Below are positions 28,716 to 43,063 of a stretch of DNA of 64,000 nt, in pieces. The notes under the pieces are model-generated. The model was not told where the DNA came from, did not search any database, and saw only the letters and a list, made by a program, of their open reading frames with translations. The stretch is taken from assembly GCA_964016885.1 (NCBI GenBank), contig OZ024758.1, forward strand, positions 17,484,001-17,548,000, given 5' to 3'. Numbering within the stretch: the stretch's first letter is position 1; every line of letters begins with the position of its first letter. A program made the translations under genes and the position numbers. This stretch comes from Eledone cirrhosa (lineage: Eukaryota).

Positions 28716-28905
28716 CATCATCATCACCATTTTACGCCCATTCTTCCATGCTAGCATGGGTTAGACGGGTTGTCCTGTTGCGAGCAATGTCAGGTCGGTT
28801 GACCATGTCTTGCTCATACAGAACTGATTTTGGCTTGGTTTCTAATGCTGGATGCCCTTCCTAACACCAACCTCATTTACAGTGAGTACTGGGTGCTTTT
28901 TTACC
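28716..28905 (-). mobile_element. RTE-type 3' UTR fragment
   Basis: CATCATCACCATTTTACG..CCATGCTAGCATGGGTTAGAC..GGATGCCCTTCCTAACACCAACC. Confidence 0.75.
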
Positions 28906-29086
28906 ATGGTGCCTAGAAAGCCAAACAGGTCCAAGTTTGCCCATGACTGTTCTAAAGTGGTAAAATAGATTCACCGTATTTTATATTCTAATTACTGATT
29001 TATTTGTTTATAACTTTTGTACAAACCTGGCAATGATGAAGATTTAGGGATTCCATGGTCTGAAATGTTTTGGATTTTTGCCTTAA

Positions 29087-29298
29087 CCCTTTAGCATTTA
29101 CATTAGTCTATATTGTATTTTGTGGTAAAGGCTTATCTTACATAATTATCTCACATAATATCGAATCTATGAGATTCTTATGTTATTTATTTTGAGAACA
29201 ATATCTTAACATCAGTTTGAGCAACCTGTCATGACTAGTTTGAACAGAAAGAGTTCAGAGAATTCTGGCCAGATATGGCCGGTTTAAATACTAAAGGG
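29087..29298. mobile_element. piggyBac-type MITE (212 bp)
   Basis: TTAA-CCCTTTAGCATTTA ... TAAATACTAAAGGG-TTAA. Confidence 0.85.
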
Positions 29299-29544
29299 TT
29301 AAAGTGTAATTTTATCTGCTGGAAACTACAAATAAATCTTCAAGTCACCTTAAAAAAGACATTTTCTATATTTTTTTTTTTGTTTACATGAGCTAGTCCA
29401 GTGATGAGGGGAAGCAGCATCCAATATTATTTTCATGGTCAGAGTAAGAAAAACAATGTTTTTAAAGATACAGAGTATAATGATTTGAACTTTAATATTT
29501 GGTTTTACCTAGATTGAAATACACACATATATATATATATATAG

Positions 29545-29916
29545 TTAAAAGAATAGAGGTGTAACACACAAGTTATTATATATTGGTAAACGGAATAGAA
29601 AATGCTGACAAATTGTTCACAGTTGAAAAATGGTTTAATTAGGAATAAAAGAGTATTAGTGATTGTATGGGTTAGTATTCAGTTGTGGTTTTAAGTTTTT
29701 AAGTTTTTACCGGTTTTACCAGATCAGAGCAAACAGCACGGACACTCTATCTCAAAATTATTTTTGAAAAGCATTTAGAAATGCGCAACCGGTAAAAACT
29801 TAAAAACTTAAAACCACAACTGAATACTAACCCATACAATCACTAATACTCTTTTATTCCTAATTAAACCATTTTTCAAATGTGAACAATTTGTCAGCAT
29901 TTTCTATTCCGTTTAC

Positions 29917-29925
<9 letters not shown>
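29545..29925. mobile_element. Palindromic element (about 138-bp arms) with U3-A8 hammerhead-like core
   Basis: Arms at about 29578-29715 and 29787-29925; 29761-29797 reads TTT TTGAAAA GCATTT AG AAATGC GCAA CCGG TA AAA. Confidence 0.75.
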
Positions 29926-29947
<22 letters not shown>

Positions 29948-30029
29948 TTTATCTCTCTCTATATATATACATATATATATATATATTTATATCTATCTAT
30001 ATATACATACATACATATATATATCTCTA

Positions 30030-30105
<76 letters not shown>

Positions 30106-31602
30106 TATATACATATATATATACAAAGATGTATTCATTAATCAAAGCTGGCTCAATATATTGTAAGATGTATTTGTAGTGGAAGCTGCACCAGTTTTAT
30201 GTGTAATAGTATGCAAAATTGAAAGTCAAATGAGTAAACTGTATGTATCTAAATCACATACATAGCATTGAATACATGGCCAAAATGTTTAACTCCCAAT
30301 GGCTCATCTCAGCTAGCTGCATATACTTACCATGTATCAGAAGAACATATCACCTGAACATTTTATAATTAATGAGTGTTGCATTAGCTTACAGTGTTGT
30401 GTCCATGTCCTATTGGCTAGGTATAAGTAATGGAAAAACCATTGCAGTGTTTTATGCCCAAGAGATCAATAACTTGGCAAGATTACTTAAACTTCAATAA
30501 CTGCCTCTGATACTTTTAACAATACCAAGTAGAGAAAACCAGCCACTACAATAACATTTGCTCTAAACTTAAATGCCTTTGTAGTTGTTCTGACTTTCTA
30601 CTCTCTGAGTTCAAATCTTTGCCTTTTATCCTACCGGACATAAATACATAATATATGATCACCCCTGACCAATAGAGGGCTTAGATATCTAGTCCAACTA
30701 ATTATCTATAGAGGGTGAAGTAGACCAAGCTAACTAATGTAGTCTCTCATATAATATGAAATATCTAATCTGTTTAACTATTTTGATAACTAAAGCTCTT
30801 CTGATTCTATAAATATAGACATTTATTTTAAAGTGTTCCTATTTACGTTTAAAATTTCCATTAAAATTTTATGTAAGAAATCTTTTTTTGTGTAATATTC
30901 AAAACACAAATTCAATAATAAGAAAGACAGTTATTTTACTAAATTGCACCAAATTTGTAATTATTTTCAAAACTAATTGAGAATGGTGAGATCAATTGAA
31001 AACTGTTGCTTCTGACAAAACCTGATGGAAGGGATGTTTGAGGATTCTGCCTTCATGACCCTCCCAGGAATAAGTGGGCAAAGATGAAGAAAAATAATTG
31101 AGAGTAATACATAGACAATGTCTTAAATAAGAGATATGATAATAAAAGAGTTAACCATATTTTGTGTAATAACGTGTTCAATATTATAATTCAACATGTT
31201 AATTTTTAATTTTCTTCTGGTACATTATATATATATATATCATCATCATCATCACCGTTTAATGTCAATGTTTCCATGCTGGCATGAGTTAGATGAGTTA
31301 TCCTGTTGTGAGGAATGCCAGGTCAGGAACCATGTTCTTGCTCATACAGAACCAATATATATATATATATATAATATAATATAATATATAGAAATGAACA
31401 CACAAAGAAGTATATTTTGAATTACATGGGGAGAAAACAAGTATGGTACTAAAAATAGAAAATACATAATAACTGGAAAAAATGAATTAAAATGTACTAA
31501 CCATTTCAATAACTATTAAACTCCTGGACAAACTACATATATACATATGTGTGCGTGCTAGCATGGAGAAATGGACATTAAATGGTGATGATGATTATAT
31601 AT

Positions 31603-31885
31603 AATAAGTGCAATTTGAGTTTTTCGAATATTAATAATAACATTCGATTCGTTTGCAATTTTGCAAACAAGCCTCAATTTTATAGCCATGGCAGGAGAAC
31701 GAACACTTCATTCTTGCTCTTGTATTGGCATGCAAACAGTTGGCAGTTCTGTTTGCATGCCAACATAAGAGCAAGAATGAAGTGTTCGTTCTCCTGACAT
31801 GGCTATAAAATTGAGGCTTGTTTGCAAAATTGCAAACGAATCGAATGTTATTATTAATATTCGAAAAACTCAGATTGCATTTATT
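31603..31885. mobile_element. Palindromic element (about 137-bp arms, 9-nt spacer)
   Basis: Near-perfect inverted repeat centred on 31740-31748; a one-arm relative at 39220-39497 is interrupted by a SINE. Confidence 0.85.
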
Positions 31886-32494
31886 GTATTCAGACATGTA
31901 GAGCGAAATGTTTATTTTTATTTATTTTTTATTTATGATTATATATATATATAGTTATAATAATAAATGTGAAGACTAAAATCTAAAGAGGGCTCGATAA
32001 GGATAAGTATATATCAAATAAATAAAAACCATAGAACAAATATTTATTAAAATAACAGATTAAAGTTTCAGAAGATCCCGTGAAGGGTGAAAGCAGTGAT
32101 TCTTTGCTTAAACTTTAATCTGTTGTTTTTATATATATATATGTATATATATCACAGAAAAAAAGAGAATCAGTGTTGAGACGAATGGAATTTATTGGAC
32201 ATATTACAATCGTTTCTCTGGTGATCAGCTCGAGGCACAATCAATGTGATGATCGAACCTGACTCTAAAAATCGCAAGGTCCTCAGATACGTCTTGATTC
32301 TACGAAGATTATATATGTGTATATATATATATATATATATACGCACGTATGTATCTGCGTGTATATCATGACTCTTACATTGTTCACTTTCCTGACCTTT
32401 ATACATTATTCTATGTACTATACATACACCTTTGATGAGTTGTAGTGCACATGAGCACTGCATGCAATAATTTCCTTATTGTTATTACTTTAAG

Positions 32495-32680
32495 GTGGTG
32501 GATTGGTAGTATCGGGTAGAGGATCGGATGCCATGCTTTCCAGCATAGAGTTACGACCCTTGCCATTCTGAGTTCAAATCCCGCCGAGGTTAGCTTACGG
32601 GGTTGATAAAATAAAGTACCAGTAATGCACTGGGATAATTGCTGGCCTTGTGCCAAAAGTAGAAACAATTATTATTATTA
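32495..32680 (+). mobile_element. S1 SINE
   Basis: S1 consensus with a small internal deletion. Confidence 0.85.
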
Positions 32681-33015
32681 CATTATATACTTTGAATGGG
32701 TTAAACCAAACACATTTTTCTAATATAAATACGCAATACTCTTTAATATTTGATGAAAGATATATGTAGGTGGCAGAGTAGTCTTAAAATTGAGAAATTA
32801 TTTTAGCAATAAAACATCTTTCAAATTTAGCTATGAAGAATCCCAAGAGATTTCAATGGAATCTATATAGCACAAAACCCTAAATAATCAGTTAGACATT
32901 CTATTTTTACATTTCAAATTTATCTTCAATAATCTATTTCAAGCAATCATATCTAGGGAATGCTTTCTATCTATCTTGATTTTGATGTTTAAACTATCTT
33001 TTCATTTATTTTATT

Positions 33016-33050
<35 letters not shown>

Positions 33051-33310
33051 TTTGTTTATTTACTTTTTGTATTAACATACATGGTCTTTTAATTCATGAA
33101 AAAAAATAAATAAATATATATATATATATATATTCATCATATATATTCATCTTGTTCATTGCTAGACTAATGAATGTGTATATTCATCAACCTCATAGAA
33201 ACACCTCTTAACTTTCTGTCACTCCTACAGCAATAATTGCATTAAACCAGCTGTCAGACTCAACAGACATAGTTAGTTATGCAGATATCATCATCATCAG
33301 CACCACCACC

Positions 33311-33345
<35 letters not shown>

Positions 33346-33397
33346 TCATTACATGATTTAACATCCATTTTCCCTTGAAACAGTGTGTATATATGTG

Positions 33398-33458
<61 letters not shown>

Positions 33459-33510
33459 ATATATATATATATAATATATATAATATATATATATAATATA
33501 TATATATATA

Positions 33511-33546
<36 letters not shown>

Positions 33547-33627
33547 ATCTACCCTTGCAAGCAGGGAAAAAGCGGACGTAAAATGAAATGAAAAATGAAA
33601 TGATATATAATATATATATATATAATA

Positions 33628-34157
33628 TCATCATCATCATTTTACGTCCGCTCTTCCCTGCTTGCAAGGGTGGGACGGGTCTTATTCAGCACAGCATCTC
33701 TCCACTCGTCACGGTCCCTCGTCATCTCCACCGTGAGCTTCAATGATCTGAGGTCTGTTCTCACCACCTCCGCCCATGTTTTTCGTGGTCTACCTCTACC
33801 ACGTCTTCCTTCAACTGGCATTTTCTGGCACTTCTTCACCCATCGGTCATCCTCCATGTGCATCACATGTCCATACCACCTCAGTCTCCTCTCCCGTACA
33901 CTACATTCTATCCCTCTCAGACACAGTTTCTCTCTCAACACATTTATGCTGGGTCGTTCACGCACATTTACACTGCACATCCAACGGAGCATGCTTGCCT
34001 CATTTCTCTCCAGCCGTCACATAACTTCTGCGGTAGCTGCCCATGTCTCACTACCATGCAGCATCGCGCTCCTCACACAGGCATCATACAACCGGCCTTT
34101 CGTACGCAGGGAGAAACCCTTCTTCGTCAACAGAGGAAGCAGCTCCCTAAACTTCTT
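33628..34157 (-). mobile_element. RTE LINE 3' fragment, second subfamily
   Basis: MLRWMCSVNVRER...[12 protein letters not shown]...GRGRPRKTW...DRDEWR, then a very short UTR ending GGACGTAAAA(TGA)n. Confidence 0.92.
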
Positions 34158-34404
34158 ATATATATAATATATATATATATAATATATATATTATATATAT
34201 ATAATATTATATATATAATATATATATATATAATATATATATATATATATAATATATATATATATGTATCTGTATAACTGTGTGTATATATATAAATATA
34301 TATTATATGTGTATGTATATATATATATATATATAAATAAATATATATATATAATATATATACAAATATGTATATATATATAAATGTATATATATATATA
34401 TAAA

Positions 34405-34630
34405 ATAATTAAGTCAAATATTTAAAATTTGGTTTCGTTTATTGAAGATATACGACACAGTCAATGATGGCTGACACCAAAATATATATAGCAGTATATC
34501 TTTAATAAACGAAACCAAATTTTAAATATTTGAGTTAATTATTTTACATTACTCCAGAGTAAACAAACCAACCTGCGTACTTTGTCGAGTGCTCCAATCT
34601 GCATACTGAGGTGTCGGTAAACAACCAACA
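34405..34630 (+). mobile_element. Palindromic pLTR-like element carrying the 3' half of the 8153/35298 hammerhead
   Basis: Arms AAGTCAAATATTTAAAATTTGGTTTCGTTTATT and reverse complement; spacer CACAGTCAATGATGGCTGACACC AAAA TATATATA GCAGT. Confidence 0.7.
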
Positions 34631-34718
34631 TATACTCAAAATATATATATATATAGCTGTGTGTATATATATATGTATATATAAATAAATACATATATAT
34701 ATGTATATACAAACATAT

Positions 34719-34752
<34 letters not shown>

Positions 34753-35297
34753 TAATACATGTGTGTGCAAGCAATTAACTAGACAGTAAGGTAGACAAAA
34801 ACAAACATATATATATAGAGAATCAGTTTGACCTTCAGTGAAAGTGTTTCAAATAACAAAATATATATTTCCTAATTACTCAATTAGTCCCATATTTTGC
34901 AATAGTTTATTAGATAGAGCTTCTACTTTTAATTATGATGCAATATAGAAAGTATTGTTTATTTCATGTGCAATTACTTCATCATTACATCATCATACAT
35001 CCAATTTACAGTATACACTTCTTACCTGGTTATATATGTATATCATCACCATCATCATTTAACGTCCATCTTCCACGCTAGCATGGGTTAGACGTTTTTT
35101 TTTTCCATTTGATGCGGGAATGGTCGGGAGACCATGTCGCGCTCACAAGGAAGCATCTCTGGCAGGTTCTTTTTTTACAGCTGGATTCTCTTTCTAACAC
35201 CAACCACATTTACAGTCTGGACTGTAATTTATATATATATATACATATTTAAAATAAAATAAATAAGTCAAATTTTTAAAATTTGGCTTCGTTTATT

Positions 35298-35352
35298 ACT
35301 GCTATATATATTTCGGTGACAGCCATCTTTGGCTGTGACCTCTTCAGGCAGT
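35298..35352 (-). ncRNA. Type I hammerhead ribozyme motif
   Basis: Minus strand: ACTGC CTGAAGA GGT C ACAGCCA AAGA TGGCTGT C ACC GAAA T ATAT A TA GCAGT; covaries with 8153-8208. Confidence 0.88.
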
Positions 35353-35658
35353 CCGAATTAGTGTGGTAGAGATGAGATATATATATTTATATATATATAT
35401 ATATTTTAATATATCTATGCATATTTATATATATACATATTTATATACTTATACATATTCATATATATATATATTCATTTAGGTTTGTTGGTTCACCAGT
35501 GGATAGAACTGGTCATTCCATATAGTCAACCATGATGTAATATTAGGAAAAGCACTCAACGTTATGCAACTCATCCATCTTCGTTTATGTTAAATCTTGT
35601 TGGTTGTGCGAGTTAATTATTATTGAGTAAAATGAGAGCCTCCTGTCATTTTACTAAA

Positions 35659-35710
<52 letters not shown>

Positions 35711-35844
35711 TATTGTATATTTTATACAAACATTATACACACATGCAAACGCATATGCAAAGACAGAGACATGAAGATATAAATAAATGAAATTAAGAAT
35801 GGCATTGACATTACAATACAATGGGAGGAAAATAAATAGACCCA

Positions 35845-35882
35845 CTGATGATGTTGCAGATGTGTGACGAAAGAATTTTGAT

Positions 35883-35885
<3 letters not shown>
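35845..35885 (+). ncRNA. Hammerhead-like core, stems I and III decayed
   Basis: CTGATGA T GTTGCA GATG TGTGAC GAAA; a relative on the minus strand at about 50585-50625 has GTCACA in stem II. Confidence 0.45.
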
Positions 35886-35921
<36 letters not shown>

Positions 35922-36144
35922 GTATTTTTAAGCGTTGGTGATTCAATGATAAACATGGATTGCCAAATAAATTAACAATGGACATAAAAAAGATACAGAA
36001 GTGAAACCAACCCAAACCAAACAGTGAGTGTGTTCTGTTATTATTTCTGGCAATATTACAACAACATGACCCTCCCAAGTATAACAATATATATACATAT
36101 ATATATTTATATACATATTGTATAATTTATATATATATATATTG

Positions 36145-36227
<83 letters not shown>

Positions 36228-36230
<3 letters not shown>

Positions 36231-36485
36231 TCATCATCATCATCATCATTTCATTTTATGTCTGCTTTTCCCTGCTTGCAAGGGTGGGACGGGAACTGAT
36301 TCTGGCTTGATTTCTACAGCTGGATGCCCTTCCTAACACCAACCTCATTTACAGTGAGTGCTGGGTGCTTTCTTGCTGTGGCACCTCCACGACCACTTTG
36401 CAGTGGAATGATATGGACCCCAGTCCCTATCATCTCATTTCTACAGCTGAGTAAACTGGAGCAATGTCTTGCTCAAGGAAACAAT
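36228..36485 (-). mobile_element. S2 SINE, partial
   Basis: Matches the S2 consensus. Confidence 0.8.
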
Positions 36486-36524
36486 ATATATATATATATA
36501 TACACACACACATATTATATATTT

Positions 36525-36555
<31 letters not shown>

Positions 36556-36557
<2 letters not shown>

Positions 36558-37020
36558 CTGTATAAAAAAGTGCAGAGCACTAGAAGTCAATGGAAGCCAC
36601 AGAGTGGGGAGACCTAAGAGGACATGGGATGAGGTGATAAAAGCTAACCTTACCCAATTGCCCCTCTCAAGGGCAATGACACACGACCGTGACCTCTGGT
36701 GCCATGCAGTAATTCAGAAGATCCGACTTCCCACATGTACAAGCCGAAGCTGAAGCATACAGAAAATATGCCCACACCTCCTCCCACTGCAGAGTGGTCG
36801 TGGAGGTGCCGCGGAAAAAAAAGCACCCAGCACTCACTGTAAATGAGGTTGCTGTTAGGAAGGGCATCCAGCTGTAGAAATCAAGCCAGAATCAGTTGCT
36901 GTATGAGCAAGACAAGGTCAGCCTACTGGACACTGCCTGCAACAGGACAACCCGTCTAATCCATGTTAACGTGGAAGAACGGACGTAAAACGGTGATGAT
37001 GATGATGATGATGATAATGA
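36556..37020 (+). mobile_element. RTE 3' fragment (related copy at 37927-38208)
   Basis: [26 protein letters not shown]...DRDLW plus UTR and (GAT)n. Confidence 0.85.
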
Positions 37021-37030
37021 TATATATGCT

Positions 37031-37522
<492 letters not shown>

Positions 37523-37754
37523 GGATGAACAAGTGTCAAGATTGATTGAGGTTGAATGAAGCTGTGGATGAGAAAGACATCAACAGTTGTATAAAAGCTG
37601 ACCTTCATATGTTCATCTCTTCTAAAGAGGGTACCGATAAATGGAGGAACGTTGTACTCAACAGAAGTCATTTAATACAAACAATCATGAGTATGTATGA
37701 TGATACATCATACATACACACTTCTATATATATATATACACATATATATATATA

Positions 37755-37793
<39 letters not shown>

Positions 37794-37822
37794 TTATTTT
37801 TGTTATTTTTGTTTATCTTTTG

Positions 37823-37898
<76 letters not shown>

Positions 37899-38927
37899 AC
37901 TTACACAAATGTGTATATATATATATAGCTGTATAAAAAGGTGCAGAGCACTAGAAGTCAATGGAAGCCACGGAGTGCGGAGACCCAAAGTTTAGGCGCC
38001 ACGGCAAAAACCACCCAGCACTCGCTGTAAATGAGGTTAGTGTTAGGAAGGGCATCCAGCTGTAGAAATCAAGCCAAAATCAGTTCCCGTATGTGCAAGG
38101 CAAGGCCAGCCGACCAGACACTGTCCACAACAGGACAACCTGTCTAACCCATGCTAGCATGGAAGAACGGACGTAAAACGGTGATGATGATGATGATGAT
38201 GATGATGATATATACACACACATATGTGTATACACATATTAACATATTATAAAGTGTGTAAACATACACCTTATAGTTAATAACACTTTTATTCCAATTT
38301 CTTCCCAGGAGTATAATGAAATATTGATTATGTTCTGGTCACTGATGTGATGAATCTATATATTTGTTTTCACATTTTAATAAGGCAATTTTCTCACCAA
38401 CCTAGTAACTCAGATCATATATGTACCAGTATTAATTTGGCATAAATTTTAACTTACATGCTCCTCCCATTACAATTACTTTTTTTTTTTTTTTTTTTTT
38501 CTGAATGGCTCTCTTGTGAAATGAAACATATTAATACTACAATTCTCAAAGCTAGTGTCATAGGTGAAAATTAAGGTTGCTTGTTCATTGAACTTGAGGC
38601 CAGAATTTGGATTTATTCCTTGTTGAAGCAAATATATACTTCACTCATATAGATTATACCAATTGGGAAAACCATGAACTTTACAGCATTTCATTTTGTA
38701 GCTGTAAAATAGATGAGTGATAGTTTGTGTTGAGTGAAAACTAACCTATATTATCATTTTCCTTCTTCCATTTGTTTTGATATGAATAACGGGTGGAACT
38801 GTCCATAATGAAATGTCTGGTAATATATCTATCTATCTGTTTAAGCTCACCCATCTCTTTCTCTCTCTCTCTCCCTCTCCCTCTCTCTCTCTCTGGATAT
38901 ATATATATATATCTGGCAGGAAGGTAT

Positions 38928-38970
38928 ACGATGTTGATGATAGCTAATAAGCTTGAAACTAGTACATCGT
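38928..38970 (+). ncRNA. Minimal type I hammerhead variant
   Basis: ACGATG TTGATGA T AGCT AATA AGCT T GAAA CTAG TA CATCGT: 6-bp stem I, palindromic stem III, C3->U and a U.U pair at the base of stem II. Confidence 0.7.
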
Positions 38971-39279
38971 TCCTGTGTCAGTGTTGAACAAAAAGGTGAC
39001 ATGGTTGCCCAAACACTGTACGGCGTAATTCAGGCTATTTGTTTGTTTTCAAATAAACAAACTGAGCATTATAATAAATGTTCAATAAAACAATACGTGC
39101 ATATATATGTGTGGATGTATGTATATATATATATATATATATACATACTACTGTACGTCTGTATACATATATGTATGTACGTATACATACATACATACTT
39201 ACATTTTCAAAGCCATTCTACTGACATGGCTTTGAAAATGAGGCTGTTTGCATAATTGCAAACAAATTGAATATTGATA

Positions 39280-39470
39280 GGTGGATTGGCAGTATTGGTA
39301 GAGTGTCGGATGCCATGCTTTGACGCATAGAGTTACGGCCCTTGCCATTCTGAGTTCAAATCTGGCCTAGGTTAACTTTGCCTTTCATCCTTACGGGGTC
39401 GATAAAATAAAGTACCAGTAATACACTGGTTAATTGCTGGCCTTGTGCCTAACGTAGAAACAATTATTAA
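39280..39470 (+). mobile_element. S1 SINE nested in an older element
   Basis: S1 consensus; flanks match 31795-31885. Confidence 0.85.
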
Positions 39471-39749
39471 TATTTGAAAAACTCAGATTACATTTATCTA
39501 TTTATCTATATATATCTATATCGAGCCCTATTTGGATTTTAGACTTCACATTTATTAATATTACTATATATATATATATATTTATTAAAATAAAAAATTA
39601 AAGTTTAAGCAAAGAATTGCTGCTTTCACTCTTAAGGGGATCTTCTGAAACTAAAAAAATCAATCTCTACGGTTCTTTATATATCTGATATATATTTATC
39701 CTTATCGCGCCCTCTTAGGATTTTAGTCTTCAAATTTATTATTATTAAT

Positions 39750-39931
39750 ATATTGGCAGCATCGGTAGCGGGTCGGACGCCATGCTTTCCAGCATAGTTA
39801 CGTCCCTTTACGATCTGAGTTCAAATCCCGACGAGGTTGACATTGCCTTTCATCCTTACGGGGTCGATAAAATAAAGTACCAGTAATGCACTGGGTAATT
39901 GCTGGCCTTGTGCCTAAAGTAGAAACAATTA
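39750..39931 (+). mobile_element. S1 SINE
   Basis: S1 consensus. Confidence 0.85.
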
Positions 39932-39952
39932 ATATATATATATATATGTGTG

Positions 39953-40160
39953 TAAAAGATAAACAGAAATAACAACACAATCGGTACAGTATATGGAAGG
40001 TATATATTAGGTTAACACTTGATATAGCAGGTAGAGGGTCTTAACGTTTCAGACGCTAGTCCTTTATCAGAAGAAAGAATGAGAAATAAAATAGATTGAG
40101 GGGACGGGCAGGATGGAATTGGAAAAAATGCCTTCAGATAAAAATAACAGGTCTATCATT
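39953..40160 (-). mobile_element. Family E element with hammerhead-like core (40039-40074)
   Basis: Minus strand: TCTT CTGATAA A GGAC TAGC GTCT GAAA CG TT AAGA. Confidence 0.65.
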
Positions 40161-40421
40161 GTCACTTGTCGAAGGTTTCACACAGTGGTATAAAACCCAT
40201 TATCATATGATTGTGAAGTAAACGTCCTAACCACGCAGCCACGCCTTTCCCTATCTACTTCTCTCTCGTCCTCTTTCTTTATATATAAATAAAGGAAAAT
40301 TTAATGTAGATATAACTTTTTGAATTAAAAGTTGTCAAGCCTTCAAGGCTTTTAATTCAAAAACAGCAGTTATATCTATATTACTTTTACCTTAAATCTT
40401 TTAATTTATGCTGTGATCTAG

Positions 40422-40495
<74 letters not shown>

Positions 40496-40575
40496 TGTGT
40501 GTGTTTGTGTGTGTGTTTGTATGTGTGTGTGTGTGTGTATATGTGCGTGTGTGTGTATATATGTGTGTGTATATA

Positions 40576-40606
<31 letters not shown>

Positions 40607-40899
40607 GTGTGTGTGTGTGTATATGTGTGTGTGTTTGTATATGTGTGTGTGCATATGTATATATATATGTAGATATATGTGTCTGTATATATATATATAT
40701 GTGTGTATATATATATGTGTGTGTGTGTATATATATATGTAGATATATGTGTGTGTGTGTGTATATATATATGTAGATATATGTGTGTGTATATATATAT
40801 ATATGTGTGTGTGTGTGTATGTGTATATATATATGTATGTATGTGTATATATATATGTATGTGTGTATATATAAATGTATATATATGTAGATATATATA

Positions 40900-40966
<67 letters not shown>

Positions 40967-41006
40967 AGATATATATATATATGTGTGTGTGTGTATATAT
41001 ATATAT
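40422..41006. repeat. (GT)n/(TA)n compound microsatellite
   Basis: Visible directly. Confidence 0.95.
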
Positions 41007-41649
41007 GAACATTTTTAATTCAACATTTTAATTTGATATTACATATATATATATACATATAAAAATACATTGCATATATATATATTCACACACACACACA
41101 AGCGTGTGTGTTTACATATTTGCATGCTTACATACTCTATCTGGCATATTTAAAATATATATTTGTCAGTGGCATTATCATTATATTTCTACATCCTATT
41201 TAACTATTTTAACAATTTGAGACTTTATCATGTACTATTCTTACTTCATATGTTCTACTGATATGTAACTTGCCATAGGCTAATCAACACATTTGTTTTC
41301 TGAAAACATTCCACTGAAGAAATAAAATGTAAAATTTTTGCTTCATGCATTCTAAGAAAATATATTATAAAGCCATCACTATGCAATTTTAAAACATGTT
41401 TGTTTGGTTAATATATCTCAATAATCATCATCATCATTTTACGTCCACTTTTCCCTGCTTGCAAGGGTGGGACGGGTCCTATTCAGCACAGCATCTTTCC
41501 ACTTGTCATGGTCCTTCGTCATCTCCTTCAGCAATCTGAGGTCTGCCCTCACAACCTTCACCCATGTTTTTCATCGTTGTACCTCAAGTTTGAGTCCCAT
41601 TCAACTGCGTGGTATCTTGAACAAATATCTTCTATTATAGTCTCAGGTC

Positions 41650-41845
41650 AAATAATTGTTTCTACGTTTAGCACAATTCCAGCAATTATCCCAGTGCATT
41701 ACTTGTGCTTTACTTTGTTGACCCCGTAAGGATGAAAGGCAAAGTTGACCTCGCAGGGGATTTGAATTCAGACCGCAAAGGGCCGTAACTCTATGTTACA
41801 AAGCATGGCATCCGACCTGCTAACGATACTGCCAGTTCACTGCCT
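41650..41845 (-). mobile_element. S1 SINE
   Basis: Reverse complement of the S1 consensus. Confidence 0.8.
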
Positions 41846-41967
41846 CAGGCCAAATAATGCTTTGTGAGTTGTCTAACCCATGCTAGCATTGAAAAATAGA
41901 CATTAAATAGTGATGATGATGAGTGAAATTTTGTTGATAAAACTGTGCATGATATAAAAGTGTGTCT

Positions 41968-42082
<115 letters not shown>

Positions 42083-42476
42083 GTATGCTTCTCAGTCAAC
42101 ATATATGTGTTCATGACAATTGACTTTAAAGCTAGTTATAACTTTTGTTTTTGTTTGGCATAAACAATTTGTTTCACAACTTAGCGTTTTAATGGACATC
42201 AGTGGTATATACCATACTTATAAATATAGTATATGTTTCTATCGAGAAGCACATTCAGCCATAGAATAACTACCTGAAATGATTTTTCCAGCCCAAGCCT
42301 GCATGGAAAACTAGATTACAGTGCACTTGATGGTGATGATGATGACAGTGATGATGATAATGAAAAACTATTATAGGAAACCTTTAACAGACATCTAAAC
42401 TTATTTTTCATGGCATAATTGGCAAAATAACAACAAAAATAATAATAATAGTAATAATAATAATAATAATAATAAT

Positions 42477-42690
42477 CCCGATTGTCATAGGCGCACTGGG
42501 GACTATCTCCAAAAGTTTCCAGGGATGGTTAAAGAAAATCGGCCCCTTCACGCTTTTTGGAACGCTTCAAAAGGCATGCTTGCTTGGAACAGCAAGAACC
42601 CTCCGATACGTCCTGAATATCTGCGGCTGCAGGTAGTGGCTTGATATTCAATCCAACGGACTTTCCAGTTAACCAACATGAGATTCAAGG
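42477..42690 (+). mobile_element. R4/Dong-clade-like LINE 3' end inserted in (TAA)n
   Basis: PIVIGALGTISKSFQGWLKKIG...LQKACLLGTARTLRYVLNI matches the C-terminus of R4/Dong-type elements; (TAA)n on both sides. Confidence 0.8.
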
Positions 42691-42699
42691 AATAACAAC

Positions 42700-42734
<35 letters not shown>

Positions 42735-42738
<4 letters not shown>

Positions 42739-42910
42739 TGTTTCTACTTTTGGCACAAGGCCAGCAATTACCCCAGTGCATTACTGGTACTTTATTTTAT
42801 TGACCCTGTAAGGATGAAAAGCAAAGTTAACCTCGATGGGATTTGAACTCAGATCATAAAGGGTGGTAACTCTATGCTTCAAAGCATGGCGCCGACCTTC
42901 TACCAATACT
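42735..42910 (-). mobile_element. S1 SINE
   Basis: Reverse complement of the S1 consensus. Confidence 0.85.
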
Positions 42911-43029
42911 AATAATGATAATGATGATGTTAATAATAATAATAATATAACTTAAATCAGTTTATCATAGCAATGTTCTCTGGTATTTATTTATTTACAG
43001 CAGATGTTATAAACCATTCAAAATTTCAA

Positions 43030-43063
<34 letters not shown>

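Noticed and set aside
30659-30718. TCACCC-CTGACCA...GGGTGA as a hammerhead (likewise CTAAAGAGGGTAC..GTACTC at about 37622-37660)
   Set aside because: Stem-like complementarity exists, but both core halves are mutated and there is no second copy to support a consensus.
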